From assembly GCA_902781705.1 (NCBI GenBank), contig CACZKE010000010.1:31360-95359 (forward strand): a stretch of DNA of 64,000 nucleotides, read 5' to 3'. Positions 18,740 through 27,106 of this stretch are shown here, one piece after another. The position numbers and the translations under genes were made by a program. The notes under the pieces are model-generated. The model saw only the letters and a list, made by a program, of their open reading frames with translations, made no database searches and had not been told where the DNA came from. The DNA comes from an uncultured Bacteroidia bacterium. Its GTDB lineage: Bacteria > Bacteroidota > Bacteroidia > Bacteroidales > UBA932. Numbering within the stretch: the first letter of the stretch is position 1; each line of letters starts with the position of its first letter.

Positions 18740-19699
18740 ATGATTGCCCAAGAAACCATCGACGAGGCCGTGCAGCGCCTCTTTGCCACCATCGAATTCA
18801 CGCAGGAGCCGGAAGGGCTCTACGATCCGCTCCGGTATATGGTCGCCATCGGCGGCAAACGCCTCAGGCCCAAACTGTGCCTGACGGTGTTCAGTCTGTT
18901 CAACGATGCGTTCGGCCCGGAGATCCTGGGACCGGCCGCGGGGCTCGAGGTGTTCCACACCTTCACGCTCATCCATGATGACATCATGGACCGCTCGCCC
19001 CTGAGGCGCGGCCAGGAAACCGTATGGAAGAAGTGGTCCCCGGATACGGCCATCCTTTCCGGCGACGTCATGTGCATCGATGCCTACAAGCGCATCGCGC
19101 AGGCGCCGGTGAATACGCTTCCGGCGGTGCTGGAACTGTTTTCCACCACGGCGGCACAGGTGTGCGACGGGCAGCAGTATGACATGGATTTCGAGAAGGT
19201 GCCGTCCGTGTCCATGCGGAACTACCTGAAGATGATCGGCCTCAAGACCGCCGTCCTCATCGCCTGCTCGGCGAAGATGGGTGCGCTCATCGCCAGCGCC
19301 CCGGCGGCTATCTGCGACGGCCTCTATGACTACGGATACAACCTGGGCCTCGCTTTCCAGGTGGCGGACGACTATCTGGACGCCTATGGCGACGAGAAAG
19401 TGTTCGGCAAACCCATCGGCGGGGACATCGTGAACGGGAAGAAGTCCTGGCTCACGGTCCGTGCGATGGAAAAGGGCGCGAAAGGCATCGCCGAGGCCCT
19501 GGCCGCGGACCTTTCCCCGGCAGAGAAAATCGCGACGGTCATGGACCTGTATGACTCGGTCCATGTAGCCGAGGATGCGCGTGAAACGATCGCCCGCTTC
19601 CATGAAAAAGCCCTCCAGGCGGCCGCCAAGGTAACCGGCATCGGCGGTTACGAAGTGCTCAAGCAGTTTGCCGACGATCTCGTGGACCGCGTGAAATGA
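18740..19699 (+). CDS. Polyprenyl diphosphate synthase (trans-isoprenyl)
   Basis: First and second Asp-rich motifs: LIHDDIMD and QVADDYLD. Confidence 0.9.
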   Translation: MIAQETIDEAVQRLFATIEFTQEPEGLYDPLRYMVAIGGKRLRPKLCLTVFSLFNDAFGPEILGPAAGLEVFHTFTLIHDDIMDRSPLRRGQETVWKKWSPDTAILSGDVMCIDAYKRIAQAPVNTLPAVLELFSTTAAQVCDGQQYDMDFEKVPSVSMRNYLKMIGLKTAVLIACSAKMGALIASAPAAICDGLYDYGYNLGLAFQVADDYLDAYGDEKVFGKPIGGDIVNGKKSWLTVRAMEKGAKGIAEALAADLSPAEKIATVMDLYDSVHVAEDARETIARFHEKALQAAAKVTGIGGYEVLKQFADDLVDRVK

Positions 19700-20994
19700 G
19701 GCCGGAGGAACTCGAAATCATGGCCCCGGCAGGCAGTTTCGAAAGTCTGACCGCGGCCGTCCAGGGGGGCGCCAACTCCGTTTATTTCGGCATCGGCCAC
19801 CTGAACATGCGCTCGCATTCCGCCAACAACTTCCAGGCGGAGGACCTTCCGGAAGTGATGCGCATCTGCCGCGCCTACGGGCTCAAGGCCTATCTGACCC
19901 TCAATATCACCCTCTACGGCGAAGAACTGGAAGAGGCGCACCGGGTGCTGGACCTGGCGAAGGAGACCGGCGTGAATGCCGTCATCGCCTCCGATATGGC
20001 CTGCATCCTGTATGCCCGCAGCATCGGCCTGGAGGTCCATATTTCCACCCAGCTCAGCATATCCAACGCGGAGGCGCTGCGGTTCTACGCGCAGTTCGCC
20101 GATGTCGTCGTCCTCGCGCGGGAACTCCGGCTGGAGCAGGTGAAGGAAATCCACGAAACCATCGTCAAAGAGCACATCACCGGTCCTTCCGGCGAACTCG
20201 TCCGCATCGAGATGTTCGCCCATGGGGCCTTCTGCATGGCCGTTTCCGGCAAATGCTACCTGTCCCTCGCCGCCTACGGGGAAAGCGCCAACCGCGGCGC
20301 CTGCATGCAGGTATGCCGCCGCGGCTATCACGTGACGGACGAGGAAACAGGGTTCGACCTGGTGGTAGACAACAAGTACATCATGTCCCCGAAGGACCTG
20401 TGCACGATCGAGTTCATGGACAAGATCATCGACGCCGGAGTCCGGGTGTTCAAGATCGAAGGCCGGGCGCGCGCCGCCGATTACGTGAAACGGGTGTCTT
20501 CCTGCTACCGCCGGGCGGCCGATGCCGTCTGCGACGGGACCTACACGCCGGAACTGGCGCAAAGCCTGAAAGCGGAACTCGCCGGGGTGTTCAACCGCGG
20601 CTTCTGGGACGGCTACTACCAGGGCGCCCGCCTGGGCGAATGGAGCGCCGTCTATGGCAGCCAGGCCACCCGGAGGCGAGAGTACATCGGCAAAGTCACC
20701 AACTGGTTCAACCGCATCGGCGTCGCTGAAATCCGGGTCGAGACCGGTTCCATCCGGAAGGGCGACGAACTCGCCTTCATCGGCAAGACCACCGGCTGCG
20801 TGGAAATCAAGGTCGATGACATGCGCGTGGACCTCCAGCCGGTCGATGAGGCCGTCAAGGGAGTCTTCTGCTCCGTTGCCGTCCCGATGGAGGACCAGCC
20901 GGTGGACCACATCAACGAAAACCCCGCGAAGCAGGCGGATGAACGCATCCACCCCCGTCGCGGGGATAAGGTATTCAAGTGGGTGGAGGGCTAA
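19696..20994 (+). CDS. Peptidase U32 family protein
   Basis: U32 signature EMFAHGAFCMAVSGKCYLS. 432 aa. Confidence 0.88.
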   Translation: MRPEELEIMAPAGSFESLTAAVQGGANSVYFGIGHLNMRSHSANNFQAEDLPEVMRICRAYGLKAYLTLNITLYGEELEEAHRVLDLAKETGVNAVIASDMACILYARSIGLEVHISTQLSISNAEALRFYAQFADVVVLARELRLEQVKEIHETIVKEHITGPSGELVRIEMFAHGAFCMAVSGKCYLSLAAYGESANRGACMQVCRRGYHVTDEETGFDLVVDNKYIMSPKDLCTIEFMDKIIDAGVRVFKIEGRARAADYVKRVSSCYRRAADAVCDGTYTPELAQSLKAELAGVFNRGFWDGYYQGARLGEWSAVYGSQATRRREYIGKVTNWFNRIGVAEIRVETGSIRKGDELAFIGKTTGCVEIKVDDMRVDLQPVDEAVKGVFCSVAVPMEDQPVDHINENPAKQADERIHPRRGDKVFKWVEG

Positions 20995-21758
20995 AACTTC
21001 ACCACCACCTTCACCGGGAAATGGTCGGAGAGCGTTTCCGTTCCGGCCGTCAGCACTTCCGAAGAAAGCACCTCCACCGGGGCAGCCTCCTTCCAGGCAA
21101 AGACGTAGTCGATGCACTTGCGGGGATTCTTGGTGGAATAAGTGAAGTCCGTCCCTGAAAGCTGGGTCCAGGATTCCCGCATGAGCCGGATGGCCTCGCT
21201 GTCGGGCTCGGCATTGAAGTCGCCGCACAGGAGGACGGGTTTCTTCGCACCGGTGTAAACGGCTTTGAACCAATCGTTCAGGGCGTTCACCTGATCGATC
21301 TGCGAGCGCTCGCCGACATAGTCCAGATGCACCGATGCAAACACGCACCGGTCCGTCTCCACCACCGCGACGCTGCGCGGCTCGGAGCCGTCGGACTTGG
21401 GCAGATGGACCCTGTAGCGGGAAATCACCCGGTCCCGGGAGACGACGCCGTTGCCGTAGGCCCCGCCCGCAAACGGGAAGGCCGAGGCGAACTGGTAAGC
21501 CCAGCCGCCCAGGTCATCCGCCAGTTCCTTCAACTGGAAGGTCGCGTGGCGGCGGTTGCAGCTGTCCAGTTCATTCAGGGCCACCAGGGTCGCATCCGCA
21601 CCGCGGATCACATCGGCCACCTGGGGAACCGTATTGTCCTCATACTTCGAAAAGACACCCACGTTGTAGGATACGAGGGTCATCGTCACCGGCTCCCGGG
21701 TCTTTCCGCAGGAAAGCAGGAGCAGCGGCAGCAGCAGGAGTGCGCAGGGCTTATTCAT
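20991..21758 (-). CDS. Secreted endonuclease/exonuclease/phosphatase (EEP) family lipoprotein
   Basis: Lipoprotein signal MNKPCALLLLPLLLLSCGK. C-terminal LSDHFPV typical of the EEP fold. The start overlaps the upstream stop (ATGAATAA). Confidence 0.8.
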   Translation of the reverse strand: MNKPCALLLLPLLLLSCGKTREPVTMTLVSYNVGVFSKYEDNTVPQVADVIRGADATLVALNELDSCNRRHATFQLKELADDLGGWAYQFASAFPFAGGAYGNGVVSRDRVISRYRVHLPKSDGSEPRSVAVVETDRCVFASVHLDYVGERSQIDQVNALNDWFKAVYTGAKKPVLLCGDFNAEPDSEAIRLMRESWTQLSGTDFTYSTKNPRKCIDYVFAWKEAAPVEVLSSEVLTAGTETLSDHFPVKVVVKF

Positions 21759-23856
21759 GGACCAGTACGAAATGGGAGCCCACCAAGCGCTCGCCTCTCG
21801 CATCCGTGGGCCGGTTGACGACATGGGTATCGGGATCCCCCTCGCCGGCGACAACGAGGGTGGAGGAACCGCCGCCGTCCATGTTCAGGGCGTAGCGGGG
21901 GTTGAAATTCTTCTTCAGGAAGCGGGTGAGTTCCCGGGCGGTCATGCCTTCGCTCACACCCGGACGGCGGCCGTCCACAACGACCATCAGGAAATGGCCG
22001 TCCTCCGTCAGGGCGACGGCGGTCCGGGGATGGCGGACGCCCTGATGCCGGCGGGCATCCTCGTAATCATAGCGGCTCACGTCCGTCTGGAAACCCGCGA
22101 AACTCTCGCCCACGGGCTGGAAATCGTCGATCAGCATCGGCGCACTGGAGAAGATGTTCGGATCGGTGGATGTGGCATAGAAGGTCCGGATCTCATCGAC
22201 CGTCTTCCCCTTCCCGTCGTAACTGATCCGCACATTGTTTCCGCCGTCGGTATAGACGGCCCCGTCATTCTTCCAGTTGGGGACACCGGTGGACATGACC
22301 GTGTTATTGGGCATGCAGGAAAGATAGTTTCCATCCACTTTTACGACCACGGAAGCCGTCTCGTAACAGGCGTTCATCACCACGACGGCTTCCTTCTCCC
22401 TGAACAGGTCGGACGGGCGGACACCCGGAGCGGACGCGGAGAACTTGAGGGCCAGACCGGGGACGGACGTGTCCCAGTCGATGACGAAAACGCGCTGGGC
22501 ACTGCCGTCCACGGAACCCGTGAACTGACGGTATTTCAAGCCGGGCTCCACTTCCTTCACGGTCCATCCCTGCTCTTCGGGCCGGAAGACGAACCGGTCC
22601 GTCCGCGCCTTCAGATAGGCCTTGACATCGTCCCAACGGTAGTACGGGAAACCTTCCAGGTCGCCCAGGTGCGCTTCTTCCCCATTCAGGAGGACCTTTA
22701 CGAGGGTATCCCCCTTCTTACCCTTCTTCGGATTGAAGAAGACGAACTGGATGTTCGCCGCCATCGGGGAACGGAAGGTCTGGAACCAGTACACGAGATC
22801 GTCCGGATTCTCCGGCGCCCGGTCGAAGCCGTCCAGGTCCATGATCATCTCGAGGGCCATAACCACGTGGTCGTGCCCGTAGCGGAGATGCGCGCCGCGC
22901 TGGCCGGCCACGAGCGCTTCCGTGGCCTTCGCCACCATGTCGTCCACGATGGAAGAGCAGGGCGTCCGATAGGCATGATACTCGCGGAACCGCTCATAAT
23001 TGTCCGTTTCCCAGAGGGTGGCATATTCCTCCACGGTAAAGAAATCGCTGACGTCGATCCGGACGTCCTGCGGCAGGCTGTTCATCCCCGCCACGAACAT
23101 GTACAGGTGGAAGAATACGTTGTACGGATTCCGGTTCCCCAGCGCCTTGTCGGGATTCTTGAAGAAACGGACGAGCACATCCTTGTAATTCGGGAAATGG
23201 CGGAAGAAGAACTGTTCGGAACTTTCCGGATAAGGGAACACCTCCTTGGGCCCCTGGTACTTGAACGGGTTCGCGCCCTGGTTGGGCCGCGTCGCCTGCA
23301 CGTCCATCATTCCCTGGTGCTCATAGACTTCCGTCTGGGGCGACAGGCGGGAAAGGGCCGTGCAGCAAGAGGACATACTCATGATGGAGCGGACCGACGG
23401 AGAGGAACAGGCATCGACGGAACTACCCTTCCCGAATACGGTCGGATAGTTTTTCACCATCGTCTCCGCAATCGCCTGATGCTGGTTCCAGCCGATCTCG
23501 GTCAGGTCGCCCACCCGGTACTGCACATAGTCCCAGAAGGGTTCCAAGTCATTCAGGAGACGCTCGCCCCGCTCGGTCAGGTTTCCCTGTTTCCGGCCTT
23601 CGGCCAGCATGTTCAGGATAATCGAGTAGGCGTCGCCGGTATAGGCATACCGGGAGCCGTGCCGGCCGTAATGGCTGATATAAACGGCCTCATAGCCCTT
23701 CGGAACGGGCGTGAGCGACTTCGGGGAAAGGTCCAGCAGACAGTCCAGGCCGGAAGATTTGTTCCAGTCCGAACGCACTTCCTCGCGGACACCGTAGCGC
23801 TGGGCGGAAGCAGTCAGGCAGGACAGAAGCAGGAGCAGGAAAACGAGCTTTTTCAT
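21751..23856 (-). CDS. Secreted fusion protein: histidine (acid) phosphatase domain + phosphodiester glycosidase (NAGPA/DUF2233-like) domain
   Basis: Signal MKKLVFLLLLLSCLTASAQ. The N-terminal half has RHGSRY and GHDH motifs (branch-2 histidine phosphatase). The C-terminal half has VVVDGRRPGVSEGMTARELTRFL...NMDGGGSSTLV, typical of phosphodiester glycosidases. Confidence 0.75.
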   Translation of the reverse strand: MKKLVFLLLLLSCLTASAQRYGVREEVRSDWNKSSGLDCLLDLSPKSLTPVPKGYEAVYISHYGRHGSRYAYTGDAYSIILNMLAEGRKQGNLTERGERLLNDLEPFWDYVQYRVGDLTEIGWNQHQAIAETMVKNYPTVFGKGSSVDACSSPSVRSIMSMSSCCTALSRLSPQTEVYEHQGMMDVQATRPNQGANPFKYQGPKEVFPYPESSEQFFFRHFPNYKDVLVRFFKNPDKALGNRNPYNVFFHLYMFVAGMNSLPQDVRIDVSDFFTVEEYATLWETDNYERFREYHAYRTPCSSIVDDMVAKATEALVAGQRGAHLRYGHDHVVMALEMIMDLDGFDRAPENPDDLVYWFQTFRSPMAANIQFVFFNPKKGKKGDTLVKVLLNGEEAHLGDLEGFPYYRWDDVKAYLKARTDRFVFRPEEQGWTVKEVEPGLKYRQFTGSVDGSAQRVFVIDWDTSVPGLALKFSASAPGVRPSDLFREKEAVVVMNACYETASVVVKVDGNYLSCMPNNTVMSTGVPNWKNDGAVYTDGGNNVRISYDGKGKTVDEIRTFYATSTDPNIFSSAPMLIDDFQPVGESFAGFQTDVSRYDYEDARRHQGVRHPRTAVALTEDGHFLMVVVDGRRPGVSEGMTARELTRFLKKNFNPRYALNMDGGGSSTLVVAGEGDPDTHVVNRPTDARGERLVGSHFVLVHE

Positions 23857-23885
23857 GGTTGCGGTTTGGTTGGATGAATCTGAAC

Positions 23886-25523
23886 CTACCAACTGATCGC
23901 CGGCTTCGTGAGGGCTTCCTTGAGCTGGTCGTCGTAGCGGAGCCGGACCTGGATGCCGGCCTGCTGGAACCAGTAGCGGACGGCGATCTCCTCCTCGATG
24001 AAGGGGACGATTTCGTCCTTCTTGAGCCGGAGGAAGGTTTCCTTGTCCATGTCCAGGGATTTCTCCAGGGCGGCGAGTTCGCCCGACATCGTCTCGGTCA
24101 GGCCGTCTTCGGCCAGGGTTTTCTTCATCTCGTCGAAGAGGGCGCGGGCGGAGGAACGGTAGTCGAACTCCTTGTCCTTCGCGAAGGCGACAAAGTCGTC
24201 ATAGGCGTCGAAATGGAAATCCTCCACCGAGGGAAGCGCCTCGTGCTCACGCACATACTTCATCGCATACTGGTCCACGATGCCGTTCAGGACGATGGAA
24301 TAGGTCAGACGGGAGTACTTGTGCCCCTTCACCTCGAAATCCGGGGTGATGCCGCCGCCGTCCCGGACGGTGCGGCCATGGAGCGTCTTGAACTCGTGCG
24401 TCAGGGAATCCGGGATATGGCCCACGCTGCCGTCCTCGTTGCGGTGGCTGTAGTCGATGGCCTGCACGCATCGGCCGGAAGGCGTGTAATACTTCGCCGT
24501 CGTCACCTTGAGCTGGCCGTCGTACGGGAGCGGCCGGATGCTCTGCACCAGTCCCTTCCCGTACGTGCGGGTGCCGATGATTGTGGCGCGGTCCAGGTCC
24601 TGCAGCGCGCCGGAAACGATCTCCGAGGCCGATGCGGAACCGGAATCCACCAGCACGACGATCGGAATCTCCAGATCCACGGGATCGGTCATGGTCTTGT
24701 ACTCCTGCCCGGATCCCTTGGCCTTGCCCTTGGAGGTCACGACCACGGAGCCCTTGGGAACGAACAGGGAAACGATGTTCACCGCTTCGCTCATGACACC
24801 GCCGCCGTTGCTGCGGAGATCCAGCACGAGGCGCTTCATTCCCTGTGCTTTGAGGGTATGGTAGCCGTCGCGGACCGCCTGGCCCACCCCTTCGGTGAAC
24901 TTGGTCATGAGGATGTATCCGTCGCTTTCATTGAGCATGCCCACATATTCCACGGACGGGAGGGCGATGCGCTCGCGGGTGACGGTGACGTCGATGGTCT
25001 CCCCGGCCTTCCAGGTGGCTCCGTCACGCAGTTTCTTCACGCGGAATACGACCTGGGTGCCGGGCTTTCCGCGCATCTTGTCGGAACTTTGCTGGCTGGT
25101 AAGGCCGTGCGTGGTTTCCCCATTGATCGCTTCGATTTCATCACCGCACACCAGGCCGGCCTTGGCCGCCGGTGAACCGGCATAGGGCTCGTTGATCTGC
25201 ACGTTGCCGTTCACGTCCGGCTTGTAGATCACGGCGCCGATACCTCCGTAGGTATTGGACAGCATCATCTGGAAATCCTCCTGCTCCTCTTCGGGGACAT
25301 AGACGGTATAGGGGTCCAGGGCTCCCAGCATGGCATCCACGCCTTCCCGCTCGATGCGGCCCACTTCCAGGGAGTCCACATATGAACGGTTGAGTTCCTT
25401 CAGGATGGCGTTGTGCAGTTCCACCCACTTCCCCAGGGAGAAACTTTTGGACTGCGCGGAGGCAGCCGAGGTGGTTAAAAGGGCGGCAGCGAGGACCGCC
25501 AGGGCATATCTTGTTCTTTTCAT
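23886..25523 (-). CDS. S41-family carboxy-terminal processing peptidase
   Basis: Signal peptide, PDZ-like region and catalytic region VLVDSGSASASEIVSGALQD. Confidence 0.9.
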   Translation of the reverse strand: MKRTRYALAVLAAALLTTSAASAQSKSFSLGKWVELHNAILKELNRSYVDSLEVGRIEREGVDAMLGALDPYTVYVPEEEQEDFQMMLSNTYGGIGAVIYKPDVNGNVQINEPYAGSPAAKAGLVCGDEIEAINGETTHGLTSQQSSDKMRGKPGTQVVFRVKKLRDGATWKAGETIDVTVTRERIALPSVEYVGMLNESDGYILMTKFTEGVGQAVRDGYHTLKAQGMKRLVLDLRSNGGGVMSEAVNIVSLFVPKGSVVVTSKGKAKGSGQEYKTMTDPVDLEIPIVVLVDSGSASASEIVSGALQDLDRATIIGTRTYGKGLVQSIRPLPYDGQLKVTTAKYYTPSGRCVQAIDYSHRNEDGSVGHIPDSLTHEFKTLHGRTVRDGGGITPDFEVKGHKYSRLTYSIVLNGIVDQYAMKYVREHEALPSVEDFHFDAYDDFVAFAKDKEFDYRSSARALFDEMKKTLAEDGLTETMSGELAALEKSLDMDKETFLRLKKDEIVPFIEEEIAVRYWFQQAGIQVRLRYDDQLKEALTKPAISW

Positions 25524-25583
25524 ATCCGGGGCGCTCACGCGCAAAGGGCGTGCCAGCGCACGCAAAGTTACGAAAAAATGGAG

Positions 25584-25591
25584 TATCTTTG
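25584..25591 (+). promoter_or_regulatory. -7 box (TATCTTTG) for rdgB
   Basis: TAnnTTTG match, 25 nt upstream of ATG 25616. Confidence 0.45.
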
Positions 25592-25615
25592 CGCCGTAAT
25601 AACGAACTGTGATTT

Positions 25616-26242
25616 ATGAAGATTGTCTTTGCCACCAACAACCCCGGCAAACTCCGCGAGGCGCAGGCCATCCTCGGCGATGGTTTCGAACTCGTCACGC
25701 CCGCCGAAGTGGGCATCACCGAAGAAATCCCCGAGACAGGGAACACTTTCAGGGCCAACTCCCTGCAGAAGGCCCAGTATATCTATGACAAGACCGGCCT
25801 GGACTGCTTTGCCGACGACTCCGGCCTCGAGGTGGACATCCTCGGCGGCGGCCCCGGCGTCCACACCGCCCGCTACGGCGGTCCCCAGCGCGACCCCGCC
25901 GCCAACATCGCCAAACTGCTGTCCGAAATGGCGCGCCGCGAACAGGAGGCCTCCGTCGCCCGCGCATACGGAATCCCCACCCCCAAAGCCACCCGCAAAG
26001 CCCGTTTCCGCACCTCCGTCGCCCTCATCCTCCACGGAGAGAAGCATTTCTTCGAAGGGACGATGGAAGGCCGCATCGCCCGGAAATGTTCCGGCCACGG
26101 CGGCTTCGGCTACGACCCCGTCTTCATCCCGGACGGCTACGACATCACCAACGCCGAACTTCCGGAAGGCGGTAAGAACGCCATCTCCCACCGCGGCAAG
26201 GCCCTCCGCGCCATGGCGGAATTCCTGAAGGGGCAGGGGTGA
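25616..26242 (+). CDS. rdgB: Non-canonical purine NTP pyrophosphatase (RdgB/HAM1)
   Basis: FATNNPGKLREA, GFGYDPVF and ISHRGKA motifs. Confidence 0.9.
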   Translation: MKIVFATNNPGKLREAQAILGDGFELVTPAEVGITEEIPETGNTFRANSLQKAQYIYDKTGLDCFADDSGLEVDILGGGPGVHTARYGGPQRDPAANIAKLLSEMARREQEASVARAYGIPTPKATRKARFRTSVALILHGEKHFFEGTMEGRIARKCSGHGGFGYDPVFIPDGYDITNAELPEGGKNAISHRGKALRAMAEFLKGQG

Positions 26243-26347
26243 CGGTGGAAAACCTGTGGCCACCCTCGGCCACATAAGAGGGAGGGGCCCAACCGTCAGG
26301 TTGGGAGGGGTCGCGGAGCGACGGTTTTCCACCGTCACCCCTGCCCC
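26230..26347 (+). repeat. 118-nt structured element closed by a perfect 25-bp inverted repeat
   Basis: GGGGCAGGGGTGACGGTGGAAAACC (26230-26254) is the exact reverse complement of 26323-26347. Two inner hairpins are present: TGTGGCC-accctc-GGCCACA and CCCAACC-gtca-GGTTGGG. Confidence 0.85.
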
Positions 26348-26364
26348 GGAAAGAAAGGATTGCA

Positions 26365-27015
26365 ATGATTGAGAATATCGAAGCGATTGTACTCGGGTAC
26401 ACCAAGTTCGGGGAGAACTCGGTGGTCGTGCATACCCTCTCGGAGGAGTATGGCCGGCGCGGGTTCCTCGTGCGCATCGGCAAGAAGGCGGGGATGGCCC
26501 TGCTGCTGCCGATGAACATCCTGGAAATGGACATCGTCCCGAACCCGAAATCCACCCTCTGGAGCGCCCGGAACCTGACGGCCCGGGATCCCCTGAACGG
26601 CATCCGCGGGAACCTGTACAAGAATACGATGAGCCTCTTCCTCTCGGAAGTCCTCCTGCGGACGGTCAGGGACGGCCAGGCCGAGGACGGCCTTTATCCC
26701 TGGTGCACCCGCAGTATCCTCACCCTGGACACCCTGGAGGCCGATTTCTCCAACTTCCACATCCGCTTCCTCCTGGAACTCGCCGGCGCCCTGGGCTTCC
26801 GCCCTTCCCTGGAAGACATCGCCCCCTTCGCGGAAAAGCACCTCGCCCAGTTGAAGCCCTTCCTGACATCGACATTCACCGAATCGATGCTCATCCCCCT
26901 GCGGGGCGAAGACCGCAACGCCCTCTGCGAAGACCTTTTACGCTATCTCGAATACCACACCGAATCGTCTATCCGTGTCCACTCGCTGGCGGTGCTGCGG
27001 GAGGTGTTCGGATGA
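26365..27015 (+). CDS. recO: DNA repair protein RecO
   Basis: 216 aa. N-terminal OB-like region MIENIEAIVLGYTKFGENSVVVHTLSEEYGRRGFLV resembles RecO. Confidence 0.8.
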   Translation: MIENIEAIVLGYTKFGENSVVVHTLSEEYGRRGFLVRIGKKAGMALLLPMNILEMDIVPNPKSTLWSARNLTARDPLNGIRGNLYKNTMSLFLSEVLLRTVRDGQAEDGLYPWCTRSILTLDTLEADFSNFHIRFLLELAGALGFRPSLEDIAPFAEKHLAQLKPFLTSTFTESMLIPLRGEDRNALCEDLLRYLEYHTESSIRVHSLAVLREVFG

Positions 27016-27106
27016 TTATCCTGCATTTTTCCGACTTGGTCCGGTACAAATTCCGGGGAGTTTTCCTATCTTTATCCCCAGAACCACATAACCTGACCAA
27101 ACCGAT

